Translations under genes and position numbers: made by a program
The notes under the pieces: model-generated
Seen by the model: only the letters and a program-made list of their open reading frames with translations
Told to the model about the DNA's origin: nothing
Databases searched by the model: none
Origin: Actinomycetota bacterium
Lineage (GTDB): Bacteria; Actinomycetota; Actinomycetes; S36-B12
Length of the DNA: 56,788 nucleotides
Direction: 5' to 3'
NCBI GenBank assembly: GCA_009700485.1
Contig: WLLZ01000001.1
Location: forward strand, 1 to 56,788
Shown here: positions 29,755 through 39,344 of the stretch, piece after piece
Layout: every line of letters begins with the position of its first letter
Position numbering within the stretch: position 1 is the stretch's first letter

Positions 29755-31038
29755 GTGGCTGACGCCGTGTTGAAGTATTCAGGTGGAGAACTACCGCTCA
29801 CCGAGGTTCCCGCATCTGTTGGTGCCAGTGGTTTTAATATCGCCCCGCTGCTGGCCACCACCGGCAATGTCACCCTTGATCACGGTTTCGTCAATACCGC
29901 AGCGTGCTCATCCGCAATTACCTACATCGACGGTGACGCTGGCATTTTGCGCTACCGCGGATACCCGATCGAACAACTTGCTGAGCAGTCCAGTTTCTTG
30001 GAGACCTCGTACCTTCTCATCTACGGGTACCTGCCATCGCAGCCTGAACTTGACGATTTCAAGACCAAAATCCGCAAGCACACAATGCTGCATGAAGAGT
30101 TGCGCCAGTTCTTTGACGGCTTTCCGCGTGATGCACATCCGATGCCGGTACTTTCCTCGGCAGTATCGGCTCTCTCGACTTTCTACCAAGACTCACTCGA
30201 TCCCTTTGATCCGGAGCAGGTCGAAATCTCAACCATTCGATTGCTGGCAAAGGTGCCAACCATCGCGGCCTACGCATACAAGAAGTCCATCGGCCAGCCT
30301 TTCTTGTACCCGGATAACTCACTTGGCTTTGTTGACAATTTCTTGCGCATGACATTTGGGCTTCCGGCCGAGGATTACGAAGTTAACCCGATTATTTCCA
30401 GTGCGCTCAACCAATTGTTCCTATTGCACGCTGACCATGAGCAGAACTGCTCAACCTCGACGGTCCGATTGGTCGGTTCGTCACACGCCAATATGTTCGC
30501 TTCGGTATCAGCCGGCATCAACGCGCTTTTTGGCCCACTTCACGGTGGCGCAAACCAGGCCGTACTTGAAATGCTGGAGAAAATCCACGCATCCGGTGGC
30601 GGCGTGAACACTTTCATCCGCCAAGTCAAGGATCGCCAAGATGGGGTCAAGCTCATGGGCTTTGGCCACCGGGTCTACAAGAGTTACGACCCGCGCGCGG
30701 CCATCGTAAAGAAGACGGCATATGAAGTATTCGAGGCAATGAACGTCAGTGATCCATTACTCGACATTGCGCTGCGACTTGAAGAAGTTGCCTTAGCCGA
30801 CGAATTCTTCATCTCGCACAAGCTCTACCCCAATGTCGATTTCTACACGGGCCTGATCTATAAGGCAATGGGCTTCCCGCCGCGAATGTTCACCGTCTTG
30901 TTCGCGCTCGGCCGGTTGCCCGGGTGGATTGCCCAGTGGCGCGAGATGATCGAGGATCCCGCGACGAAGATCGGGCGTCCGCGCCAGGTTTACACCGGTG
31001 AAGACCTGCGTGACTATGCGCCGATGGGCACCCGCTAG
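29755..31038 (+). CDS. gltA: citrate synthase
   Basis: ...LLHADHEQNCSTSTVR..., GPLHGGAN and MGFGHRVYKSYDPRA signatures. Confidence 0.93.
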   Translation: MADAVLKYSGGELPLTEVPASVGASGFNIAPLLATTGNVTLDHGFVNTAACSSAITYIDGDAGILRYRGYPIEQLAEQSSFLETSYLLIYGYLPSQPELDDFKTKIRKHTMLHEELRQFFDGFPRDAHPMPVLSSAVSALSTFYQDSLDPFDPEQVEISTIRLLAKVPTIAAYAYKKSIGQPFLYPDNSLGFVDNFLRMTFGLPAEDYEVNPIISSALNQLFLLHADHEQNCSTSTVRLVGSSHANMFASVSAGINALFGPLHGGANQAVLEMLEKIHASGGGVNTFIRQVKDRQDGVKLMGFGHRVYKSYDPRAAIVKKTAYEVFEAMNVSDPLLDIALRLEEVALADEFFISHKLYPNVDFYTGLIYKAMGFPPRMFTVLFALGRLPGWIAQWREMIEDPATKIGRPRQVYTGEDLRDYAPMGTR

Positions 31039-31268
31039 CCCAATTCGAGACGCAGTGCGCCAGGGAAAAGTCGCGGTTCCGCCGGCCTAGACCAAAACCC
31101 TCAGCCAGTGGCGATTGATCTTGGGCGGATAGCGAAAGCCCGTTTTGGCGGCTTGCGCGCCCGTAAATCCGGTTGTCTCAGGGGTTTTATGGCTGCGCAC
31201 GCCGGACGGTTTTACCAACGGCGCGCTGGACCGATACCGTGGGGCAGGTGAGTGGAGTTGCACACCCG

Positions 31269-31874
31269 ATGGGGCCGGAGCCCCCGTGGGTTTATTGGCT
31301 CCGCCGGGCAATTATCCTCCTCGCCGTTCTAACCTTGCTGGTTGGCGTTTTCTGGCTCGTTACGGGCCGCGGGTCATCAAGAACCGGTTCAACTCCGGTG
31401 GCGGTGTCACCGTCGGCTGCGGCAACGGCAAACTCCGCCGCTTCACCCACTTCAACGGCTTCGCCTGAACCGGCAACACCGACTGACTGCCTAGATAGCG
31501 CAATTGTGGTCGAAGCGAGTACCGATTCCAGCAAATATGTTGTTGGTGAAGCCCCGCAACTCACGTTGACCATTGGCAATATCGGCGAGGTTTCATGTCT
31601 GCGTGATGTTGGGCCCAAGGCTAATGAGCTGGAGATCACTTCCGGCGGGTATCACGTGTGGTCGAGCGATGACTGCAATGCGAGCAATAAGAGCAAGATT
31701 GCGGTGCTAAAGCCGGGCGAGAAAGTTGCATCAAGTATTACCTGGGACGGCCAAACCACCCAAAAGGGCTGCCCGAGTGACGGTAAAGCAGCAAAACAGG
31801 GGCGTTATGATCTCATCGCACGAAATGTTGACGTCAAGAGCGAAAAAGCCAAGTTCACACTGAGCAAGAAGTAA
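31269..31874 (+). CDS. membrane-anchored secreted protein with a Cys-containing beta-rich domain (DUF4232/LpqE-like, tentative)
   Basis: ATG 31269 gives MGPEPPWVYWLRRAIILLAVLTLLVGVFWLV (TM anchor). An Ala/Ser/Thr/Pro linker follows, then a domain with four Cys (C..SC....C....GC). Confidence 0.6.
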   Translation: MGPEPPWVYWLRRAIILLAVLTLLVGVFWLVTGRGSSRTGSTPVAVSPSAAATANSAASPTSTASPEPATPTDCLDSAIVVEASTDSSKYVVGEAPQLTLTIGNIGEVSCLRDVGPKANELEITSGGYHVWSSDDCNASNKSKIAVLKPGEKVASSITWDGQTTQKGCPSDGKAAKQGRYDLIARNVDVKSEKAKFTLSKK

Positions 31875-31896
31875 TGGATCGGTACCGGAGGCAAGG

Positions 31897-32118
31897 ATGA
31901 ACAGCGGTTTATCTAAGTTGTCTTATCGATCAACGGATAGCGTGCTCTCGGCGTATTCAAAAAATTCGGCTCTTAGTATTGGCTCAATCGGATCAGTCTT
32001 GTCAATAGGCTCAATCGGATCCGCGGTTTCGCTGCTTTCGGTAGGGTCATTTGCGAGCGTTGCGTCACTACTTTCGGGGGCCTCGAAATTTGCAATTATG
32101 AAGTGGCGCGCGAGCTAA
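31897..32118 (+). CDS. 73-aa protein made of 21 consecutive X-X-Ser triplets; unknown family
   Basis: GGAGG at 31887-31891 lies 5 nt before the ATG. Ser occupies every third residue from position 3 to 63, with no out-of-register Ser in that span. Both AGY and TCN Ser codons are used. More A/T-ending codons than its neighbours. Its stop overlaps the radA stop. Confidence 0.55.
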   Translation: MNSGLSKLSYRSTDSVLSAYSKNSALSIGSIGSVLSIGSIGSAVSLLSVGSFASVASLLSGASKFAIMKWRAS

Positions 32119-33497
32119 CTCTTTGGTGCGCCCGCAAGTTTGCGCGCCACCGCGAGTGCCTCACTTAGCGAGGCAACTTCGTGCCCGCGAATATCAGGCG
32201 CATTCAAATCACTTTTTGCACCTCGGGGGATAATCGCATCGGTAAAACCAAGTCGCGCCGCTTCGGCCAGCCGGCGGGTCAGGGCCGTAACTTTACGAAC
32301 ATCGCCGGAGAGTCCGACCTCACCGATCGCAATTAGGCCGCTTGGAAGGGCAATATCGTTAACGCTACTGGCGATTGCAAGTGCGATAGCCAGGTCGGTA
32401 GCAGGTTCAAGTAGGCGCACTCCGCCCACCGTTGCCACGAAGCAATCTGAAGTCGCAAGTTTCAGGCCGGCGCGCCGCTCAAGTACGCCCAACATCATGG
32501 CAATACGCGCCGAGTCAAGGCCACTGGTTACTCGACGGGGCTGCGGCGAACTAGAAGGAGCGATAAGTGCTTGCACTTCGGTGACAAGTGGGCGGCGACC
32601 TTCAACCGTGACGGTTACACAGGTGCCGGGCGCGGGTTCATGGCGATCACCGAGGAATAAGCCGCTCGGATCGGCGAGCCCGATGATGCCATCGTCAACA
32701 AGTTCAAAGCACCCGATTTCATCGGCGGGCCCGAAACGATTTTTAACGGCGCGCACTAAACGCAAGGTACTGTGCCTGTCGCCCTCAAAGTAGAGCACAA
32801 CATCAACAAGGTGTTCAAGGGCACGGGGTCCGGCAACACTTCCGTCCTTTGTTACATGCCCGACAATTATCGCGGTCATGCCTCTGGATTTTGCGGTTGC
32901 GATAACTGAGGCGGCGACTTCTCGCACTTGGGTAACTCCACCAGCAGCGCCGTCGATCTCGGCACTCGCGATGGTTTGCACCGAGTCAAGGATCATCAAA
33001 CTGGGTGCGAGCGCCTCAACGTGACCGAGCACGCTACCTAAGTCGGTCTCCGCGGCCAGATATAGACCGTCGGCAAGTGCCCCTATGCGTTCGGCGCGCA
33101 TGCGCACTTGCGCGGTGGACTCCTCACCGGTTACGTAGAGAGTCAAGTTACCGGCTTCGGACCAACGTGAGGCGACGTCAAGTAGCAGAGTTGACTTTCC
33201 GACACCGGGTTCACCGGCTAACAAGATCACCGCGCCGGGTACCAGCCCACCACCCAAGACCCGATCGAATTCACTAATACCGGTAGCGGTGGCTTCTGCT
33301 GCAGTGAGATCTACGGAGCCAATGGGTAGTGCGGGCGTGCTGGCTTTGGCGGCCGTGGTACCTCGAGTTCGAGTGGCACCTATTTCATCAACGGTGCCCC
33401 AAGCTTGGCACTCACCGCATCGTCCGGCCCATTTAACGCTGGTCCAGCCGCAATCACTACAACGGTAAGAGGGAGTTTTTGGTGCGGTGCGGGCCAC
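32115..33497 (-). CDS. radA: DNA repair protein RadA
   Basis: Zn ribbon CSDCGWTSVKWAGRCGECQAWGT, Walker A GEPGVGKST, KNRFGP motif and a Lon-like C-terminal domain. Confidence 0.95.
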   Translation of the reverse strand: MARTAPKTPSYRCSDCGWTSVKWAGRCGECQAWGTVDEIGATRTRGTTAAKASTPALPIGSVDLTAAEATATGISEFDRVLGGGLVPGAVILLAGEPGVGKSTLLLDVASRWSEAGNLTLYVTGEESTAQVRMRAERIGALADGLYLAAETDLGSVLGHVEALAPSLMILDSVQTIASAEIDGAAGGVTQVREVAASVIATAKSRGMTAIIVGHVTKDGSVAGPRALEHLVDVVLYFEGDRHSTLRLVRAVKNRFGPADEIGCFELVDDGIIGLADPSGLFLGDRHEPAPGTCVTVTVEGRRPLVTEVQALIAPSSSPQPRRVTSGLDSARIAMMLGVLERRAGLKLATSDCFVATVGGVRLLEPATDLAIALAIASSVNDIALPSGLIAIGEVGLSGDVRKVTALTRRLAEAARLGFTDAIIPRGAKSDLNAPDIRGHEVASLSEALAVARKLAGAPKS

Positions 33498-33509
33498 GGC
33501 GGTGGTGAT

Positions 33510-34277
33510 CTAGGAAGTGACGGGCGGGTCGGCCGGGTGCGGGGTCAGGCCGGTGGTGTCGGTAATCGTTAACAGCAGTTTTTCGCGGGCTGCGCAAAGA
33601 CGCGCCAACTCTGAGTAGGCCGGTAGGCCGATAAGCGCCACGATTTCATCACGCGATGATAGGTAGACAGCCTCGGTACCAACATGGGCTTCGGTATTGC
33701 TGCTGCAGTACCAATCCAGATCGTGTCCACCGGCCCCCCACCCGCGGCGGTCATATTCACCAAGTACAACAACAACGCGCTCGACTTCGTCCTCGTATTT
33801 GCGGTTTTCGTAGGTCCGGCGAAGGGGCAACTGCCAACACACCTCTGGCTTGGTCTCGACGAAGGAGATGCCCTCGCGAGCCGCGAGGTGGTGCAGCGCG
33901 CAGCCGTACCCGCCTTCAAAGTCCTTTTGGTTGTGGAAGATGCAGGCACCGTTATGAACCGCTGTTTTGCGGGCCCCATCCTCTTTTTCGACCCAGCCTT
34001 TTTTCTTCCCGATATTGATGTTCTGCCATAGGTCGCCATCAAGTTTCTCGACCCAGCGAGCCACCCGCTTCTCATCCTTCTTCTCGGAGAAATGGGCTCC
34101 GAGCGTGCAGCACCCGGCATCTGGGGCATCCGCGTAGATACCTTTGCAGCCGCGGCCGAAAATACAGGTCCAGCGCGAGGTCAACCAGGTTAGGTCGGCG
34201 CGGATTAGCTGGTCGTCGTCAGCAGGATCAACAAACTCGACCCACTGACGTGGAAAATCTAGGGAAACTTCAGGCAT
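33510..34277 (-). CDS. conserved Cys-rich hypothetical protein (possible metal/Fe-S binding)
   Basis: ORF trimmed to ATG 34277 (MPEVSLDFPRQWVEFVD...). Cys clusters: WTCIFGRGCKG...GCCTLGAHF...GACIFHN...GYGCALHH...VCWQLP. Family not identified. Confidence 0.6.
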   Translation of the reverse strand: MPEVSLDFPRQWVEFVDPADDDQLIRADLTWLTSRWTCIFGRGCKGIYADAPDAGCCTLGAHFSEKKDEKRVARWVEKLDGDLWQNINIGKKKGWVEKEDGARKTAVHNGACIFHNQKDFEGGYGCALHHLAAREGISFVETKPEVCWQLPLRRTYENRKYEDEVERVVVVLGEYDRRGWGAGGHDLDWYCSSNTEAHVGTEAVYLSSRDEIVALIGLPAYSELARLCAAREKLLLTITDTTGLTPHPADPPVTS

Positions 34278-34362
34278 GCAGCACACTCTAGGGGGGTGTG
34301 CATAAGGGGGCGCGCCCACGTCCATGTGCGTGATCGGTGCTGGCTGCCGGTACGGTCTCCCT

Positions 34363-35292
34363 ATGCGGCTGGGCGTACTAGACATCGGGTCAAACACGGT
34401 GCACCTGTTACTTGTTGACGCTCATTACGGGGCAGCACCGATCCCGGCTTCAAAGCTAAAAATGCCGCTTCGATTGGCTGAGCATCTGACCCCTGACGGG
34501 CGCATCGATGACTTGGCGGTTGATGAGCTAATTGGGTTCATTCGCGAGGGTCAACAATTGTCCGAAGATAAAGGTGCCACCGAGGTAATGGTGTTTGCAA
34601 CATCGGCCATCCGAGAGGCCGGCAATGGCGAAGATGTGCTGCGCCGGGTACACGATGCCACGGGGGTTTCAATCGATGTTTTAACCGGTGAATCAGAGGC
34701 GCGCATGACATTCCTCGCGGTGCGCCGCTGGTTTGGTTGGTCAACCGGACGCTTACTCGTAGTCGATATCGGCGGTGGGTCCCTTGAACTAGCTTCGGGC
34801 GTGGACGAAGAACCAGACGTTGCCGTGTCTTTGCCACTCGGTGCCGGCCGCATGACTCGCGCGCACTTGGTCGGAGACCCTCCAACTTCGGATTCAATAC
34901 GTGATCTACGTCGACATGTGCGTGCTGAAATTGCATCGGTCACCGGGCGCATCTTGCGGGCCGGGGAGCCCAGCATTGCGGTGGCCACCTCAAAGACATT
35001 TAGGCAATTGGCGCGCATCGCTGGCTCAGCGCCTTCAACCGACGGCATGTATGCCCGTCGCGCCTTAAGTGTTACCGATCTTCAGTCATTGGTGAATAAA
35101 TTGAGCGGCTTGACCGCGGCTGAACGCGCCAAACTGCCAGGAGTCTCGTCGGGGCGCGCGGGCCAGTTGGTCGCGGGTGCCGTGGTTGCTGAAGCCGTCA
35201 TGGATTTACTCGATATTAAAGAGTTGGTGATTTGCCCATGGGCCTTGCGGGAGGGCGTAATTCTTCACCGCATGGATCGCCTACCCACATGA
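34363..35292 (+). CDS. Ppx/GppA-family phosphatase
   Basis: [20 protein letters not shown] and ...[18 protein letters not shown]-fold motifs. Start trimmed to ATG 34363. Confidence 0.85.
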   Translation: MRLGVLDIGSNTVHLLLVDAHYGAAPIPASKLKMPLRLAEHLTPDGRIDDLAVDELIGFIREGQQLSEDKGATEVMVFATSAIREAGNGEDVLRRVHDATGVSIDVLTGESEARMTFLAVRRWFGWSTGRLLVVDIGGGSLELASGVDEEPDVAVSLPLGAGRMTRAHLVGDPPTSDSIRDLRRHVRAEIASVTGRILRAGEPSIAVATSKTFRQLARIAGSAPSTDGMYARRALSVTDLQSLVNKLSGLTAAERAKLPGVSSGRAGQLVAGAVVAEAVMDLLDIKELVICPWALREGVILHRMDRLPT

Positions 35293-37607
35293 CGATGGTC
35301 GCTTCGGGGTTGACGAGCGCTGAGGTAGCTGAGCGGGTGGCTGCGGGTCGGGTAAACCATTCACCTGATGCAAACAGCCGAAGTATCAGCGACATCATCA
35401 AGGCCAACACATTTACTTGGTTCAACGGTCTGATCGGGATCATGTGGGTAGTAATGCTGATGATTGCGCCTATTCAGGATTCGCTCTTTGGTTTCGTGAT
35501 TGTCGCTAATACCGGGATCGGCATTATTCAGGAGTATCGGGCATCCCGTGCCCTAGCGAAGCTGGCGGTTATTGGCGAAGCGAAGCCAGTTGTGCGGCGT
35601 GACGGTAATGATATTGCTGTCAGCGCACACGACGTAGTACTCGATGACGTCATCGTTTTGAAGACCGGTGATCAACTAGTTGTTGATGGCGTCGTCCTCC
35701 ATGCCGATGGACTTGAAATTGACGAGAGCCTGCTTACCGGTGAGGCTGACCCGGTTGATATGCAAATCGACGCTCAGGCGATGTCTGGGTCTTTCGTGGT
35801 TGCCGGTTCAGGTCTGTATCGAGCCACGCGTGTTGGCCGTGACTCATTCGCTGCCGGATTAACCGAGCAGGCCAAGAAGTTTCACCAAACTAACTCTGAG
35901 CTTCGTGACTCGATCAACAGGTTCATCCGGCTCCTGTCGTACCTGCTCCTACCGGTTGGGCTGTTGCTGTTCTTCTCGCAGTGGCTGCGCGCTGACCTGC
36001 CAATTAAAGAAGTCTTGCGCGGCACTATTGCGGGCGTCGTGACCATGGTGCCTGAAGGTCTGGTGCTCCTTACCAGCATCGCGATGGCTGTCGCGGTCAT
36101 CCGGCTCGCCGCGAAGAAAGTGCTAGTCCAGGATCTTCCGGCGGTGGAGGTGCTAGCGCGGGTTGACACTATTTGCGTTGATAAGACGGGCACACTTACC
36201 GAGCCCGGTATGCAAGTGCGCGAAGTGCTGTCGTTGAGCGAAAACGTGAATATCGGTGAGGCGCTGGGTGCTTTGGCGGCTGTCGAATCCAGCCCAAATC
36301 CGACGCTACAGGCGATTGGTGCGCGTTACCCCAACCCGTCTTGGGCTGTTCAAACAAGTGTGCCTTTCTCAAGCTCTCGAAAATGGTCAGCCGCGACGTT
36401 TGCGGACCATGGGTCGTGGGTTGTTGGTGCTCCTGAAATGCTGCTTGCCGATGGTGACCCAGTTCGAAGCCGGGCTGACGCCATTGCGGGCGATGGCGCA
36501 CGGGTACTGCTACTAGGTACCAGCGACGTAAACCCAGATGCTGAACGTGGCCCAGGCCGTATCAACCCGGTGGCACTCGTAGTTATTGATCAAACCTTGC
36601 GTCCGGATGCCGCTGAAACTGTTGCCTATTTCCTCGAGCAAGATGTTCGAGTCAAGGTTATTTCAGGCGACAATGCGGCAACTGTTGGCGCAATTTCGGC
36701 GCAAGCCGGAGTCCCAGGCGCTGAAAACCCTGTTGATGCCCGCACGTTGCCGGAAGATACGGCCGATATCGCGAAGGTGCTGGAGACAGCTTCAGTATTC
36801 GGTCGCGTGACACCAACTCAGAAGCAATCTATGGTTGATGCATTGCACCTTCAAGGCTGCACGGTGGCGATGACCGGTGATGGCGTTAACGATGTGCTGG
36901 CGCTCAAGAGTGCCGATCTTGGCATTGCGATGGGCTCAGGCTCTGGGGCCACTCGCGCCGTCGCTCAACTAGTGCTCCTGGACGATAAGTGGTCGGTGAT
37001 GCCAAGTGTGGTGGCTGAGGGCCGGCGCGTATTAGGCAATATAGAACGAGTTGCTGATGTGTTCTTAACTAAGTCGTTCTACGCAATCTTCATTTCCATT
37101 GCCACCGGAGTATTCGCCGTTGCTTTCCCATTCTTGCCCAGACATATTTCACTACTCGGCGCACTGACGATTGGTATACCGGGCTTCTTCTTGGCCTTGA
37201 TGCCAAACACCGAGCGCTTTCGCCCCGGGTTCTTCAAGCGGGTATTGGTTTTCTCGGCACCGGCCGGAGCCATCGCGGCGCTGGCCGCTTTTACCAGTTA
37301 TGGTCTGGCTTTAAATATTGGCGAGCCGTTATCCAGCGCGCAGTCAGCGGCGACCGTAACACTATTCATCGTCGCCACGGCGGTCTTAATACAAAGTGCT
37401 AGACCGCTGAATCTAATTCGAATTGGGATTGTTGCCCTAATGATTTTACTGTTTCTAGGGGTACTCTTTGTGCCATTTTTCTCGAAACTATTTGCGCTGT
37501 CTCTTGGCCCAGAGCGCTACAGTCTTGTAGCAATTGTGGTTGGACTCGTCGGTGCCGGATGTATTTGGGTGATGACAATCATCACCGATAGGTGGCGTCG
37601 GGAGTGA
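35289..37607 (+). CDS. cation-transporting P-type ATPase (P2/CtpE-like)
   Basis: TGEADP, phosphorylation motif [10 protein letters not shown] and hinge [26 protein letters not shown] overlap with the ppx-family gene. Confidence 0.88.
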   Translation: MTMVASGLTSAEVAERVAAGRVNHSPDANSRSISDIIKANTFTWFNGLIGIMWVVMLMIAPIQDSLFGFVIVANTGIGIIQEYRASRALAKLAVIGEAKPVVRRDGNDIAVSAHDVVLDDVIVLKTGDQLVVDGVVLHADGLEIDESLLTGEADPVDMQIDAQAMSGSFVVAGSGLYRATRVGRDSFAAGLTEQAKKFHQTNSELRDSINRFIRLLSYLLLPVGLLLFFSQWLRADLPIKEVLRGTIAGVVTMVPEGLVLLTSIAMAVAVIRLAAKKVLVQDLPAVEVLARVDTICVDKTGTLTEPGMQVREVLSLSENVNIGEALGALAAVESSPNPTLQAIGARYPNPSWAVQTSVPFSSSRKWSAATFADHGSWVVGAPEMLLADGDPVRSRADAIAGDGARVLLLGTSDVNPDAERGPGRINPVALVVIDQTLRPDAAETVAYFLEQDVRVKVISGDNAATVGAISAQAGVPGAENPVDARTLPEDTADIAKVLETASVFGRVTPTQKQSMVDALHLQGCTVAMTGDGVNDVLALKSADLGIAMGSGSGATRAVAQLVLLDDKWSVMPSVVAEGRRVLGNIERVADVFLTKSFYAIFISIATGVFAVAFPFLPRHISLLGALTIGIPGFFLALMPNTERFRPGFFKRVLVFSAPAGAIAALAAFTSYGLALNIGEPLSSAQSAATVTLFIVATAVLIQSARPLNLIRIGIVALMILLFLGVLFVPFFSKLFALSLGPERYSLVAIVVGLVGAGCIWVMTIITDRWRRE

Positions 37608-38383
37608 TTCCACTTATCGGCTTATCTACCTCGTCCGTTTATCCAGAAACCACAGCCGCCGCTTTTGAAATTGCCTCTTCACTTGGCTACGACGGCGTCG
37701 AAGTCATGGTTGGCACTGATTCAATAAGTCAAGATGTTGATGTACTGGCGGCTTTGGTCGATCACTATCAATTGCCGGTGCTTTCAATACATGCCCCTTG
37801 CCTGCTGGTAACTCAGCGAGTGTGGGGCACCGATTCATGGGCTAAATTGCGCAGGGCACAAGCCGTGGCTGAGCTACTCGGCGCGTCAACGGTGGTGGTG
37901 CACCCACCATTTAGGTGGCAGCGTGAGTACGCGCGTACTTTCGTGGGCGGGCTGGAGGCCATGCGTAGTGAGACCGCCGTGCAATTTGCGGTAGAGAACA
38001 TGTTCCCGTGGCGTGCGGTTTCGCAAAGGTTGCCAGCCTATTCACCGGGCTGGGATATCCGCGACGAGGATTACCCGCACACGACACTTGATCTATCGCA
38101 TACGTCGGTTTCCGGAAGCGATGCGCTGCAATTCGCTCGCGATCTTGGTGATCGGCTCAGCCATCTGCACCTAGCCGATGGCAGTGGCTCGGCACGCGAT
38201 GAGCATTTGGTTCCTGGGCGCGGTAGCCAACCTGCTGGTGCCGTACTCAGCCACTTAGCTACAACCGGGTTCGCTGGCTCGGTCATCGTCGAAGTAAGTA
38301 CTCGGGGTGCGGGGTCACGTGAAATTCGCGAGATTGATCTAATCGAGGCCCTGGCCTTTGCCAGGTTGCACCTGCGGCTTTAA
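37604..38383 (+). CDS. sugar phosphate isomerase/epimerase (xylose-isomerase-like TIM barrel)
   Basis: ...GYDGVEV...LSIHAP...VVVHPP...ENM...DLSH...HLAD... pattern. GTGA overlap with the ATPase stop. Confidence 0.75.
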   Translation: MIPLIGLSTSSVYPETTAAAFEIASSLGYDGVEVMVGTDSISQDVDVLAALVDHYQLPVLSIHAPCLLVTQRVWGTDSWAKLRRAQAVAELLGASTVVVHPPFRWQREYARTFVGGLEAMRSETAVQFAVENMFPWRAVSQRLPAYSPGWDIRDEDYPHTTLDLSHTSVSGSDALQFARDLGDRLSHLHLADGSGSARDEHLVPGRGSQPAGAVLSHLATTGFAGSVIVEVSTRGAGSREIREIDLIEALAFARLHLRL

Positions 38384-38468
38384 CACTTTTACTGATCGCG
38401 CCTTAAGGCGCCACTGCGTTGCCGAAAATTGCGCAGGCGGGCAATTCATAGTCGGCGCTCGGCCCTGA

Positions 38469-38654
38469 ACCTGCTCGAACCGTCGCGGCTGGGCCCGGTA
38501 CCTGCTCGAACCGTCATGGCTGGACCTTGTACCTGCTCGAACCGTCGCGGCTGGGCCCGGTACCTGCTCGAACCGTAGCGGCTGGGCCCGCTACCTGCTC
38601 GAACCGTCATGGCTGGACCTTGTACCTGCTCGAACCGTCATTTATTGACGGTTT
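38469..38654. repeat. six head-to-tail 31-bp direct repeats
   Basis: Units start at 38469, 38500, 38531, 38562, 38593 and 38624. The conserved half is ACCTGCTCGAACCGT. The variable half alternates between CGCGGCTGGGCCCGGT and CATGGCTGGACCTTGT, in the order A B A A' B then partial. Confidence 0.95.
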
Positions 38655-38673
38655 TTTGACGGTTTCAGCAGGT
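38633..38673. promoter_or_regulatory. candidate operator: perfect 8-5-8 palindrome plus an extra inverted copy of the repeat core
   Basis: AACCGTCA tttat TGACGGTT (38633-38653). This is followed by TGACGGTTTCAGCAGGT (38657-38673), the reverse complement of the repeat core with 2 mismatches. Lies about 55-95 nt upstream of the TetR ATG. Confidence 0.5.
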
Positions 38674-38726
38674 TGAAGAATCGGGCACTTGCTGAGCGGC
38701 GGTCAGCACCGGTGCCCGGTACGGTG

Positions 38727-39335
38727 ATGGGCATGGCTGAGCCTGACTTCACCTCATCGATTTTGGGCGCTGCTCGGGCGGTACTGGGCGCTCGAGGCTA
38801 TGCCAACACCACCATCAAGACGGTGGCTGCCTCGGCCGGAGTGGCCCCAGGGGTTGTTCGATCGCTGTACGCCAACAAGGAGCAATTACTGGCAGCGGCT
38901 ATCAGGGTGCCATTTGATCCGTCCGGCAGCATCCCTAAATTAATTGCTCCGGGTCTTGATGGCATGGGTGAGCGCTTGGTGCGCCTAACCTTGCAACTTA
39001 GTGGCGATGAGAAAGTGCGCAAGGACGCCACCAATTTGGTGCAGTCGGCACGCGAGTCTGCCGGAGTTGAGCAGCTGCGAGTTCTAACCGACTACCTGCA
39101 GGCCACCTTGCTTGATCGGGTGGTCGGGGCAATTGGCGTTCCAGATGCGCGCATGCGCGGCGCTTTAATTACCGCGTACTTAGCCGGGGTGGCTGCGACA
39201 CGATCGATATTGAACGTGGAGCCACTTGCTTCAGCCACTGACGAGCTTGTAGTGGCACTTGTTGCACCCACTATCCAACGACTACTCGACCCAACACAGC
39301 CACTTGCTGCCAAGGATGCAGCCGGGCAGCCATAA
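38727..39335 (+). CDS. TetR-family transcriptional regulator
   Basis: N-terminal HTH ILGAARAVLGARGYANTTIKTVAASAGVAPGVVRSLYANKEQLL. Start is uncertain (TTG 38673, GTG 38724, ATG 38727 or ATG 38733). Confidence 0.8.
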   Translation: MGMAEPDFTSSILGAARAVLGARGYANTTIKTVAASAGVAPGVVRSLYANKEQLLAAAIRVPFDPSGSIPKLIAPGLDGMGERLVRLTLQLSGDEKVRKDATNLVQSARESAGVEQLRVLTDYLQATLLDRVVGAIGVPDARMRGALITAYLAGVAATRSILNVEPLASATDELVVALVAPTIQRLLDPTQPLAAKDAAGQP

Positions 39336-39344
39336 GGTCATCGG

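Noticed and set aside
31897-32118. Reading the Ser-triplet ORF as a by-product of a simple trinucleotide or short DNA repeat.
   Set aside because: Ser codons from both codon families are interspersed, the intervening codons vary, and only one 27-nt unit is duplicated. The periodicity therefore exists at the protein level, so it is kept as a finding rather than dismissed.
38469-38654. Possible CRISPR array, since the repeat length of about 31 bp is in the CRISPR range.
   Set aside because: The units are contiguous with no unique spacers. The variable halves are just two alternating versions. There are only six units and no cas genes in the window. It is a tandem repeat or operator array, not CRISPR.
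38469-38654. The reverse complement of the repeat core (GGTTCGAGCAGG) resembles a tRNA T-arm, suggesting stacked tRNA-derived att sites.
   Set aside because: No complementary T-stem, acceptor stem or CCA-proximal sequence can be built around it. No integrase is nearby.
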